Origin: Lingula anatina
Taxonomy: Eukaryota; Animalia; Brachiopoda
DNA: 64,000 nt
Direction: 5' to 3'
Assembly (NCBI GenBank): GCA_051362555.1
Contig: CM120642.1
Coordinates: forward strand, 25,110,001 to 25,174,000
Under the pieces are notes generated by a model. It did not search any database. It was given only the letters and a program-made list of their open reading frames with translations, and was not told where the DNA came from. Both the position numbers and the translations under genes were made by a program. Below are positions 38,147 through 50,200 of this stretch, in pieces (position 1 is the stretch's first letter; each line of letters opens with the position of its first letter).

Positions 38147-40622
38147 TATTTTTTAAACAACGTTTATTCAAAAGAATGAAGTGGAGGCAAGGCGCTGGAA
38201 GCATTATATTTTTGAGCATGCATTTTTCTTCTATCAAATAGAGAAATCCAATTTAGTTGTTCAAATATTTTGGAGGTACAAGAGCTAGGTAAGGCTCCCA
38301 GTACTATTTTGCCGGCTTGGTATTGAAGAGACGATAGTTTCGATAATTTCTTCTGGAGTGAGTTATGATAGAAGATGTCACAGTAATCAAATTGTGATTG
38401 GATAAAGGCATTATATATAACATTTAAATGTTTGGACCTAACTTTGCAGTATAGAGGTTTTAGTGCATTTACGGCCCGTTGAACCTTTTCGCAAACATGA
38501 TCAGTATGATCATTAAAATTTAGTTTTGAATCAAGTACTAGTCCCAGGTGTTTGTGGCTCTTTGTCCTAGGTATCATGGTATTGTTTATATACAATTCAG
38601 GGTATGTACTATTATCATTTTCTTTGCCGAATATAATTTCGCGGCACTTTGCCGGTTTAAAATTGAGTTTCCATTTATTGGACCAATTTTCAATGGTACG
38701 TAGGTCACCTTGTAATATAGCATGTGAATCAACATCTCCCCGACGCGAGGGCATAAAGAGGGAAGTATCATCCGCATAGATGAAACAATCAGTAGAGAGT
38801 CCGTCAGGGAGGTCATTTATATATATGAGAAAAAGTAACGGGCCAAGTATGCTACCTTGGGGTACACTGGTATTTATGTAACCTCCCTTAGATAAATTAG
38901 ACGATTTCCCACCAACACGTACTTTAACTCTTCTATTAGTCAAGTACGATGACAATAGTGCATGAAGTTTGCCGGTTAGACCGTAAGACTTGAGTTTAAG
39001 GAGAAGGAGTGAATGGGGAACTCTGTCGAATGCAGCCTCTATATCGAGAAAGACTCCTCTGGTGTCATAACCATTAATAGAATTACTCGTAATTAAATTA
39101 TGAATCGCCAAGAGCTGGTGCTCTGTGCTATGACCCTTCAAAAAGCCGGATTGTTTAGGGTATAGGAGCTTGTTGTTCAGAATAAAGTTAATCACTCTAT
39201 TATATATTATTCGCTCTAAAATCTTAGATAAAATACTAAGTAAAGAAATTGGTCTATAGTTTAAAATAGATTTTTTTATCATCTTTTTTAAAGATTGGGC
39301 AAATTTCGGCAATTTTCCAGATGTTGGGGAAGGTATTAGACTGTATGATTGCGTTAAACAGAATATTTAGGGGCTTCACCACGGAGTTTTTGGTAAGTTT
39401 TATCATCTTGACGGTAATCAGGTCAGGGCCGTTAGCTTTAGATGGGTCTAAATTCATTTCATTAATAGTGGATTGTATCTGAGATAGGGAAGCATCAGTT
39501 CTTACAGGAAAGAGAATTTCGCCAACATTTGCTACAGAGTCCGAGTGGTACATTGATGAGAAATAGGACAAAAATTCATCAGCCTTTTCTTGATCAGTAG
39601 AAGCGACAGATCCATTTCTCGGGTTATTGAGAATAGGAATAGAAGACGATCGCTGTTTCCCAAGAATATTTTTCATTACGGTCCAGTATGATTTACTATC
39701 ATCACCTTTATTGTCGAGGCTCTCTATTTTAGAATTAAGGAATGATTCTTTTGTTTTAATTATTAATTCTTTAACTTTTATCGCCTGATTTTTGTAATTA
39801 TTTTCATTCCTTTCTGAAGGTTTAATCCTCATTTTTTTTATATAGTTTCTTTTTCTTATTTAACTCATGCTTGATTTGGTCATTAAACCATGGCTTGTCA
39901 TTTGACCTGATCAGCCTCCTTTTATGGGGTATATGGCGTTTGTAAAAAGAGAGTAAAGAATCAGTAAAAACTTCAGTTTTTACGTTCATATCATAATTAT
40001 TTTTTAAAAATAAAGTTTCCCAGTCATATTCGCTTATGTCTTTGTCTAAAGCCACCAAATTAGCCTGATCGTACTTCCATATTGTTCTATATACAGGATC
40101 GTGTTTGGGTTGAGTAATACAAAGTTCAGTAACGAGGGTACTATGATCCGTTTGGCCAATGGGCGGGTCAACGAAGGCACTGTTAATTAAGTCGGGTCTG
40201 TTTGTCAGAGTCAAATCGATACAAGAAGCGGATTTTCCTTGTATCCTGGTAGGCTCGTGGATCAGTTGATCGAATCCTTTTTCTAGAAACAAACTGCTCA
40301 AAAGCTTACCCGTGAGGTCTTCCTTACCATTTCTGAACCAACTAAGAGAGTGAGCATTAAAGTCTCCATTGATAAAAATACCGTTTGAATTTAGTTGGCA
40401 TGCTTTTTCGAGACTCATTTACATAAGTTCACAAACTTGTCTCTTTCGGTTGATGTTTGACTAGGCGACCTATAGAAGATGCCATATAAAAACCGCTTAA
40501 ACTGTAACTGAAATTCAATCCAAATGCAGTTGAGATCGTCACTCTTTAACTCAGGACATTCTTTGTAAACTATTTTCGAGCTGACATAGATTAATAAGCC
40601 TTGGCCAATGTTGTAGTAGAGG
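38147..40622 (-). mobile_element. 5'-truncated, frameshifted non-LTR retrotransposon (CR1/L2-type; APE endonuclease + reverse transcriptase) downstream of the copy 3 stop codon
   Basis: ORFs 39822..40418 (GDFNAH, PTR, CIDL, TDH), 39254..39832 (KANGPD, WKIAEICPIFKK) and 38164..39312 (NYRPISLL, VPQGSILGPLLFLIYINDL, YADD). 10-bp TSD GGATCGCAGT at 38137-38146 and 40623-40632. The empty site is visible in copy 4 near 56605. Confidence 0.93.
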
Positions 40623-40649
40623 GGATCGCAGTGAGTGTGGTGACTTATA

Positions 40650-40933
40650 TATCAGAAAACTTCTTCTCAGAAAACAGATCATGAAAAAATTCAGTGGCTG
40701 CTCAGTCCAAAAAGTGAATTGTGTTTGAGAACATTATATCTATATATAACTGAAAGTTTGAAAAAACGACACACCCACCAATAGCAATAGTCGTTTTATT
40801 CTGTGCTGCTTCCCAGTAATCATTCAATAAGTATTGTATAGCTTTGTATAATTGTTGCTAAGTTATTATGACTAGTGTAGAGAGCCTGTAAAATGTAATA
40901 TGTATGCATTTTAGTGCTCAATAAAGATTATTA
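40650..40933 (+). mobile_element. ~285-bp insertion ending in AATAAA + short ATT-rich tail, likely a retroposed 3' fragment
   Basis: Absent from the homologous copy 4 3' region (gacttgtatataccgactag); flanked by ttatat. Confidence 0.45.
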
Positions 40934-42015
40934 TATGCCGACTAGTTATCATCATATATATTGTATATAGGCCTACTGATGACTAATCGTCAGTCAAATG
41001 CCGAGAGATGTACATATACGTAAAAATTTAAGGTCACGTTTCTACTTGTAAATTTCTTATTTTTGAACCACTGTCGTAATAGAAATGTAGAGCTCGAAAC
41101 AGCAAATGGCGGCCACATCTTGGATTTTCTAAAAATTCCCGAGGACACACTTCTCAGATACCATTTATATATCATAAGATAATGGGGATGTGGAGAATCC
41201 TGAGAAACAAACATTTTTGTGATAATGGGCATAATGTTTTTTAAGGCGGTAGTTGAGAACACTGTATTCCTATGGTAGAAGGCGGGGGTAGGTGGCAGAT
41301 ACTGTGGGGTTTCTCAAAATGCTCAAGGATACGCACATGTTAACTGAGAGATATGTATTAAAGGGGAAATAAGAATGCGAAAGTCACCGATAAAAATCTT
41401 AATCCGATAATGTTCTCTTTAAAAACAGCTTTACCAACCGGACTAACAGTCACTATTTGCAGATTGAGATTCTTTCCCAGCTTGGAGATCAAGAGACATT
41501 TGATGTGAATTCCAGGAATCCATTTGACTATGCCACGATTTAATGTGCATTGTATAATCTTTTAATCCTCAATATCTGTCTAGAGCAGTGGGCTACCTTA
41601 GTAATGATGGCAGTGATTAAATATGTAAAGATACCGTGCCAGTGATTAATTACATACTAAGACCAACTCATAACATGAAATACAACGTAAAATAAAAAAA
41701 TTTCCACTGCGAACACGCATTTTAAAGATCCAATTAGAAGTGATGAAATCTCAGATAAATGTAAGTCGATTGGCAATTTGAAGTTTATAACAATAAATTA
41801 TGTTTGCTAAATCAGAATGTTGTGATAATGTTAAAAATCTTATACTTACGTTCTTTGTGTACCTGTCAGTTTTCCTTCAAGACCTTTCTATTAAAATAAA
41901 ACTACAGGTACTAGTGTGATAATTTAATAACCTCCATGAGGGTAACACTCAGAGCTTCAAGTTTATTATAAGGCTCACCAATAGTGCTAAACACTTCCTG
42001 TGTGTTTTAAGTGTG

Positions 42016-42820
42016 AAATAATACACTGTCACCCGAGCGATATATGCCATAACACCTCGAGCGTCAGCGAGAGGTGTTCATGGCATATATCGCTAGAGGG
42101 TGACAGTGTATTATTTGACATACATACCGAGAAAAAATACAGTCATTTCATCCTAAAACACCCCTAAAACCGAATAAAGTGACCCTATATCACGCTCTAG
42201 AGATGTTATACGGAATAAACTCGTCCACGTGCGCTGGTCACCTCCCGCCAAATTCTTACGTAATGTCTGACCAATTTGGTCAATTTTTGCTAAATACTTG
42301 TCGTGGACGTTCATTTGCTTGAAAAGTATTTAATCAACCGTCGACACTGACCATGCGCGTCTCAGCTGAGCCACACCTAGCTGGGACTGTTGCGGAAAAA
42401 AGGTCCCAAGGCAAAACCTCTACTTTTTAGTGACATTTCTGATAAAAAAAGGAGCGTCGGACCGGAATATAGTCAAACTAATTTTTCACAAGTGCAAAGG
42501 AGAAAGAAATTTACTTTTTGGTGATATTTCTGACAACGAGGCAGTTTCGGAATATAGTCAAAATCGACGGATGTTTATTGCAAGTTCACGGGAGTAATAA
42601 TTCTAGTTTTATTGTTATCACTGACGACGAGGCGGTTACGGAATATAGTCAAAATCAAACGGATGTTTATTTCAAGTCCACAGGAGTAATAATTCTACGT
42701 TTTGGTGACATTTTTTACTACGAGGTGGTTTCGGAATATACATGTGCTGGTTTTCACAGCATTCATGTAATTACAAGTTCAAAGGGGGAATACATTTGAT
42801 TTTTACCGATATATCTCATA
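42016..42820. mobile_element. Hairpin plus ~85-93 bp tandem array, reminiscent of Helentron/HINE-type elements
   Basis: ~100-bp palindrome at 42016-42116; GGAATATA(GTCAAA) recurs near 42464, 42549, 42640 and 42733. Confidence 0.45.
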
Positions 42821-43394
42821 AAGAGGAAGAATGATCAGCTTAAAAACAAAAGGTAAATAACACAACCCTCGTTAAAAAGTTATAGATTTACAAATAATTT
42901 GTATACACGTGTGGCTTAAATGTTAACTAATTCCCGTTTTCAAACCATACCCATATGACATGACTTAGTGTAATAAAATGATAAATAATAATTGTTAAAC
43001 GTGAAAAGTTTATGCTAATTTTTTAAGAGTGTGAGAGATTTTAAATTTGGTAGGTATATAACGTAAGCAACGTCACTATTCTCTTGATGCCAAGAAGGTC
43101 ACATGATCACTGTCTTTGGCTTTCAGCATTTAAGAGACCTCGACTGATTTAACCTAAGATCTAATAAACGGTACGTTTATTAGATCTTAGATTTAACCAA
43201 GATGTAGTCGTGAAATTCTAGACTACATCGAGGTTAAATCCGAGTTTTCCGAGAGACGCTACGCAGAAATGTCGAGTGAAGCGAGACATTTTTGGGTAGC
43301 GGCTCGAGGTTGCCCTCGATCTTCACTGAAGCTTGGCTAAATGGACAGGCTTCAGTGATCATCATATCGCCACGGTCATATAACATCCCTAGGT

Positions 43395-44713
43395 ATGTAT
43401 ATGTGTGGAGCTGTTGGGGGCGTGGAGCAGGCTGCTCGAACACTTCGTGGATTTCCTTGCTGTAACTTGTGACTATTTAAAAAGGCCTATTTAAATACTT
43501 AAAAGTAATAATCCAGATAATAGATATCGTTTTCATGATGTTATCAGATGGTGACATGCTGGTTAAGGTACAGAATAGCGTTATGACAACGTTATGGTAA
43601 AGATATGCGTGTTTTTTTTTTTTAATTTCATGCAAAATCATTTCCCAGCTAACAAAAACATCTAATCATGGTAACGTTATAATAATTGTAGAAAGATTCG
43701 AAGACCGTTTCTACAAAACCTTTTTTATGAATAACCAAAACACTTCTCACGCCGTTTGAACTACATAAAGCTTCCAAATTGGACTTGGGCTTAGTCGCGA
43801 CTAGAGCGGTGCAAATTGTAGAATCTTCGAACTGTCGTTACTGAATAATCAGCATGTGATGTAAGCTTAAATAAACTATTAAACTGAAAACCCCACCATC
43901 ATCCTGATGTTCTATTGTTCATTACTTCCGGAAAAAGATTAAATAGACATCAATACTGTAATGAATTTTATCAAAATATGAAAATGGTCCTTTAAAGTAA
44001 AAGTGATAGTTGTTTGGTGTCAATAATGAACTAGTGAACTTCCTAAACTTGTTTTTCAGAAATACATTCTAATAAACTTCCTCGCAAGGTCAGTTAACAC
44101 ATGATTAATCCCAGCTGTAAATGTGATTGACCTTGGACATAATTAACGAATTATTATGTCCAAGGATTGACTAAAGTAAGTAATGTTGATAGTTCACGGT
44201 ATCCTGTTATAGATATTTAATGTTTAACAGGCTAAGGTGACTATGACAAATACATGTAGCTAAAACCGTTGAAACGCTTAAAGCTTAACATACGTATACA
44301 CCCTACGTATATTTAGCCGTTACGTGCGGCCTACTGCTTAACACATTCAGGCTAAAAGCGTGTAACATGCTTGGGAGCTTAACGTGTTCAGTAACTAAAC
44401 GCGTTGAAAAAATGAGCCTTTTATTTTCATTTGCGCCAACTTTTTGCTCCTATAACTGTTGTGATTTCTCATATTTTTCATAATTAATCCTGGTTACATT
44501 CATTAACATACTTTATTATTTTTATATTTGGCACTTATATAGTTTGGGGATGTTTGGTTATCTCCCCAGTTTTTTTAAACTTTGTATCTTATTAGTTTTC
44601 GTCATTAATAAATGACAATTTCAGTCATATGGACTTATCTTACTTAATTTGGAGCAAAAACAGAGCTTCGTTGTGCTTGTGAACATTTGGCTACATAAAA
44701 ACTTTTTACAGTG
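43395..44713 (+). mobile_element. Second, 5'-truncated copy of the element at 22818-24205
   Basis: 43400-44410 is colinear with 23245-24150 (e.g. ccccaccatcatcctgatgttctattgttcattacttccggaaaaa in both); right end tttttacagtg|ta at 44703-44715. Confidence 0.75.
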
Positions 44714-45225
44714 TAGCAGATTAAAAAGGGTTTGGGTCCTTCTTATTGCTACTTGCATTATAGTGAAATGCCCAAATGATGAGTATGAAGGTTTTAAACT
44801 CCGAGGTAGGTGGGTTAAGCGTAGCTACTTTCTGTTGTAAAATCCATTGTTCAACTTTGGCGTGAAAGGGGGAAGCGAGCAGTTATTTTCAAACACCAGT
44901 GTATCGTCCGCAAAACAAAGGTCTCAAGAGTCTCGGTAGTATGCCATGTGCCTAATGTTCCTATGCAGACCAACACCCGTTTGACAGCAAAATGACCTCT
45001 ACCTGTGGAAATATGGCTCTTTGATAATCACCATGCTCAAAAATGACTTTTGGGGTTGGGTAAAAAAAGATGGGTACATTGAGGACATAATGGGAAAAAA
45101 TGGTTATACAGTATAACTAAAGCATATATTATTTGCATGCCTGTTAACTGAATGTCTACTCCGAAAACTGAAAACTTTGGGGATAAGAAGTAAATAGGGA
45201 CACCAGACGAGTGTTACAGCCCACC

Positions 45226-46420
45226 TTTTTTTTTTAAACAACGTTTATTCAAAAGAATGAAGTGGAGGCAAGGCGCTGGAAGCATTATATGCTCTCCACA
45301 AAATTAAATGAAATAAGTAAATAAATAAATAAAACAAATGGATAAGTATATACATATATACAACAGAGTAAATGTAAAACTTCATACATATCAGGAGCAC
45401 AAGTTAAGTACAGAAAGAAAGAAGAGGAAAAGAGATAATACCCGCACGAAAATGCAGTAGTATCGAAGTAGCAAAGAAGCATTAACGCAGTAGTGGTGTG
45501 GAGCATATTTGCAGTAGAAATGCAGCATAGCCTACTGCAATTCTACTTCAAAAATTACATAGGGTCGTACAGAGGAGGAGCATTAATGCAGTAGATTTGC
45601 AGCATGATAGAAGCATGTTTCAAATATGCTAATTAGCTCCCCAATCGAAGCAGATTTGAAGCATGTTTGCAGTAGAATTGCAGTAGTCTACTGCGCTGGA
45701 GTATCTACTGCGTTTTCTTGCGGGTACCTATTAAGTGATAACAAAGTTTACGAGAAGAAAATTTGCAACAGTGTCGAAGATAATTTCATTTTGGGTGGGT
45801 GATAAGGATTTATGACCGTAGAGAAATAACGACAGCTTTTCTTTTTGTGTTTTGAAAGAGGTCTTGCTTGCATGTAGAGTTTCATTTATTTTTTGGTAAA
45901 GGGGAGGGTACTTTGAATTGAGTAAAGGGCATCTGAAGAAAAAGTGAAGAGGGGTTTCAAGGGCACCACAGGTGCAGTGTGGTGTATCAATAGTAGTCCA
46001 GTTATGCCTAAACAATTCTGCTCTAAATAAACAGAGTTTGGCTCGGATCATTAAGGCCTCAAATCTTGCACCATTTTCCGCACTGATGCTTCTGATGTTT
46101 GAAAACAAAAAATTGACTTCCTCAACCCGATTTTGCAGACGTTTATGTGGGCCTGGATTTGGGTGGATATCACCTGAAATTAGGAGCAATAGACATAAAT
46201 AAATTTTATAGGGCAGACCAGGAGTTATTGGTAAGATAAACAGAGAGGATGGAAAAAAGGTACCGGTAAGAAAAGACATACTTTTGGCCAATCTATTGTT
46301 TAGCACATTATTTCGGTTGTATATATTGAGATAATTTGTACTGTTATTAAAAGTAGCAGACGCTAAAATTGTTTCCACTTTCCAAGACTGAGAGTCACCG
46401 GGGCTTGGGTAGACTAGATC
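45226..46420 (-). mobile_element. Internally deleted copy of the same LINE family (ORF2 N-terminus joined in frame to its C-terminal Cys/His region, plus 3'UTR and polyA)
   Basis: The last ~60 nt match 38150-38208. ORF 45731..46378 has LLLLISGDIHPNPGP then CTCGALETPLHFFFRCP. The flanks rejoin the sequence seen at 20970-21040. Confidence 0.85.
45441..45724. mobile_element. MITE with TA target duplication nested in the LINE 3'UTR
   Basis: ta|CCCGCACGAAAATGCAGTAG ... CTACTGCGTTTTCTTGCGGG|ta, with internal GCAGTAG repeats. Confidence 0.75.
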
Positions 46421-47230
46421 AAATTATGTGACTTTATACCAGTCCGGTGGTTAGAAATACTAGCGCTTTCAACACATATGGTAATTGTGTCAACTTGATA
46501 CCTTCCGTGAGGTTAAAAAGCAAACATGGGTTTCAATGTAATATTTTGGTACACTTAACAACAACGCCAAAAGTAAACAAAACACCATTTAGGGGCTTTG
46601 TGATATTCAGTCAGTCATGTAATTTTTACATGAAAACGTTTCTCGTGCAAAAAGGAAGTTGATGGATAAAACATTTTACAATAAATGATCAACAGCAATC
46701 ATAACAAAACAAGAACACGCTATTTATAAATAGTCAAAGAAATTTCAACACCGCTGACGTATCCATATTTCTAGTTTGTAAGACCTTCATCGTCACCTTC
46801 CACATTCCTCTTTTTTGCCTATTGACGCATACGGTTGCTATTAAATTTTCCCTTTTAGGTCTTACAGCAGCTGTGGCCCTTGCCTCAATGCACTGGTCCT
46901 TAAAGTTGGGCTCAAGGCCAAAAACTTCGCCCAGTAATATTTGGCATTGAGCAAATAGTAAAAAGGGAACTTATAAGGACTAAACATATTAATATACAGC
47001 CATTTTACACGCATTGCTCTATTTAATGTGTCACGCGATAATTTGTGGTATTCGGTGTCACAAATCTTATCTTTTTTCTCTTTCTGAAGAGAAGGAATGT
47101 TTAAGTGTAAACATTAATGCGCTTTTACGTGAAAATGAAAAAGGCTGTTTGCGTGTTTGCGTGGTAAAATAAGAGAAGAAAACGTCACAAGCAATCGTTC
47201 CAGGAGTTGGTTTAGGAGTCATCGTAAGAA

Positions 47231-50200
47231 ATGAAAGTGCTGTATTTTCTGCTCTGTACGTTATTTCTTTGTTTTTTGGGTGGCGACACAGGTAAGGCTA
47301 TTTTACGGCTTTAATATTTTATTTCAGAAATGTAGGACTATGTAATATGGGGGTTATATATACTAGTAGTTAGCAAAATACGACGAACAGCATAACAAAC
47401 GATTTATTTAAATTGTGGAAAAGAACTATTACACTGTGGGGAAGAATAATTAAAAATTGCTGGAATAAATCAATAAAACAGTGATAAAGAATTAATTAAA
47501 TTGTGGGAAGGAATTAAAAGTATTTTAGGGAGGCCGTTCTGCGCCACCGTATGATCTGGCAGAAATAAATAATGAAATAAAATCCAGTAGCTGCCCTGAG
47601 TCTTTCGATTAGAATAAAATGTTCTGAGCGATAAGATAATGATTTTTTCAAAAGCTAATAAGTGGCGACCGCCATTTTTGTTACTTCCATGCTATTATAT
47701 ATATATATATATATCGTTGTTATAAATATATATATAACGGGTCTTTATAATAGTACCATTAGTCAAGTCATAACAGAAAGTATTAAGTTGAGAATAAAGA
47801 GTTTTTAACAAAATCAAGGCAACTCTCATTTTCATTTTAGATGTTCCTGATAATAGCGGCAAAGAATTCATCATAGCTTTCATGGACAATGCGTTCGAAA
47901 ATCCAGTCAGTCTGAATTTATTCCTTACAACCAACTATCCCTCTCCCATCCAAGTTCTTATATCTGCTCATCCAGCATATATCCACCATCTACCAGTTCT
48001 CAATAGAACAGTCAACGTTAGCAGAGGTTTAATAACGCAGGTTGAAATTCCTAATGATTTTGTAATGAAAAACACGAACAAAGAGTTCAAAGGTGTCCAT
48101 TTGTCTGCTGACGAAGAGTTCATTCTCTATGGTTCCAATGCAGAATCTTATAGTTTGGACGCATTTGTAGCTCTCCCTGTGGATATTCTTGGACAGGAGT
48201 ACATCGCTGGTAGCTACGAATTTTGTCGTCTTCATTTTGCACTTATTGGACTGATTGGCGTTAACAATGATACAGATATTGAAATAACCCCTGCCCCTGG
48301 TATGAACATAATAGTCATGGGCCGCACTGTAAGTTCTAAAACAGTGATAAGTCTCAACAGACTTGAGACCATTCAAATCCAATCGACCAGTGACGTCACA
48401 GGCACAAGAATCAATTCATCAAAACCACTGGCAGTAGTGTCCGGCAATCAGTGCACCAATATTCCTTGCGGGGTGACCGCATGTGATCATGTGGTGGAAC
48501 AGCTGTATCCAGTCGATAGATGGGGCTATACGTTCACAGTTGTTCCATCAGCTTACCGGCAAAGTGGGGATATTGTCCGCGTTGTAGGCAGTACTGATGA
48601 CACCGCGGTCGACATAACCGGTATCTCGCGTTTAATGCTTAATAGCTCCGAGTTCTATGAATTCAAGGTATTGAAGGACGCCCCTGTGTTTGTCAATGCC
48701 AGTAAGCCGATTATGGTGCTGCAGTTTACGCAGAGCCAAAACACAGATGGTCTAGAAAGTGATCCATATATGATGGTTGTGCCTGCTATAGAACAATTTT
48801 CATCCAGTTACACCATCGTTACCGCCAATCTTCCTGATAAAGTTTACCAAAACTTCGTCAATATAGTCATCAAAAACAGTTCTAAAGATGACCTGAGAGT
48901 TGATGGAGCCGCTCTCAATGATGTTACATGGCTAGCCATTCCCGGAACCGACTTAACTGCTGTTCAGCTAAACGTCACTGCGGGTACACATCGAATAGAA
49001 CATATTTCTCCTATCCAGACTTTCTCAGTATTCTCCTACGGGTTTGCCCGCTACGTTTCCTATGGCTACCCAGGAGGACTGAGACTTGCAAATCTGGACG
49101 TGACCAAATGTGTGCCGAATACTGGTCAGCCGGCGGATGGTGTTGATAACGACTGTGACATGAAAATTGACGAAGAACTGTTTAATGGTATTGACGATGA
49201 CGAAGATGGCGTAATTGATGAGGATTTGTCTTCTTTGCCGCCGGAAGTGGACTTTCCTAGAGATACAGTCATTGTTTCAGGTAAAGACAAGCCATGACAT
49301 TGTATATTATACAAAGTTGGAGAGTATTTTTTCTCGTTCAGTTCAATGCACGGTGTTTTGATGACTTTTCTTAAGAGACTTTTATCGTGTCCGGTAAAGT
49401 TCACGCTGCTTAAATACTGGTTCTGAGTCAATCGATGGATTTCTAAAATGATAAATTTACTATTGAGTACAGTCATATTCACTTCTAAACTTCTGTGGTT
49501 ATATTTTCAGGTTATAACGCCTCAGTTGCTAATAGCTTCACGATTGTAGCGGACACCCCAAATGCGACTGGCTCTGAGCGCTGTGTTGCCTATCGCGATA
49601 TCACCATCAACTTCACAGATTCGATCAATGACAATGGCTGTGGGGTGGACATCCAGCGCACGTGGTTCGTTCAAGACGGGTGTGGAAACGTCGTCCGGTC
49701 GATTCAGAACGTGTCCGTGTACAGCTCTTGGAAAGCCTTCCGGGCAGATCCGTCATCTAACTGTACAACAGTGATGCAGAGAGTTGATTGCAACGATAGC
49801 ACAGAAGGTAAGGCGGATGTAATAAACTTTTAAAATTATGAGCACGTGACGCAACATTGCTACATATAATAAGTTGACATGTTAAAGACAATATTCAAGT
49901 ATAGAACAGTTTCATTAGCTATGTTATTGTAATAGACTTATGAAGATTCTTTTGTCTATAGCTACTTATATTTGTCTGGTCTCTGTAGCCAATATGTCAG
50001 ACTTCATCAGGGCAAGAAATTACAACTTCTTGATCAGGGAATGAGGTTGTGGTAGATGTGACAACCTATCACCCCCTTTGGTGTGCTATTTGGTCAGCCC
50101 CCCCCCCCCCCCCCCCCCCCCCCCGCCTGCCCCTCCCCTAGGAGTGGTAGGTAGAGGTTGTGTAGCTCACATCTCTATCACAACCTCATTCCCTGATGAA

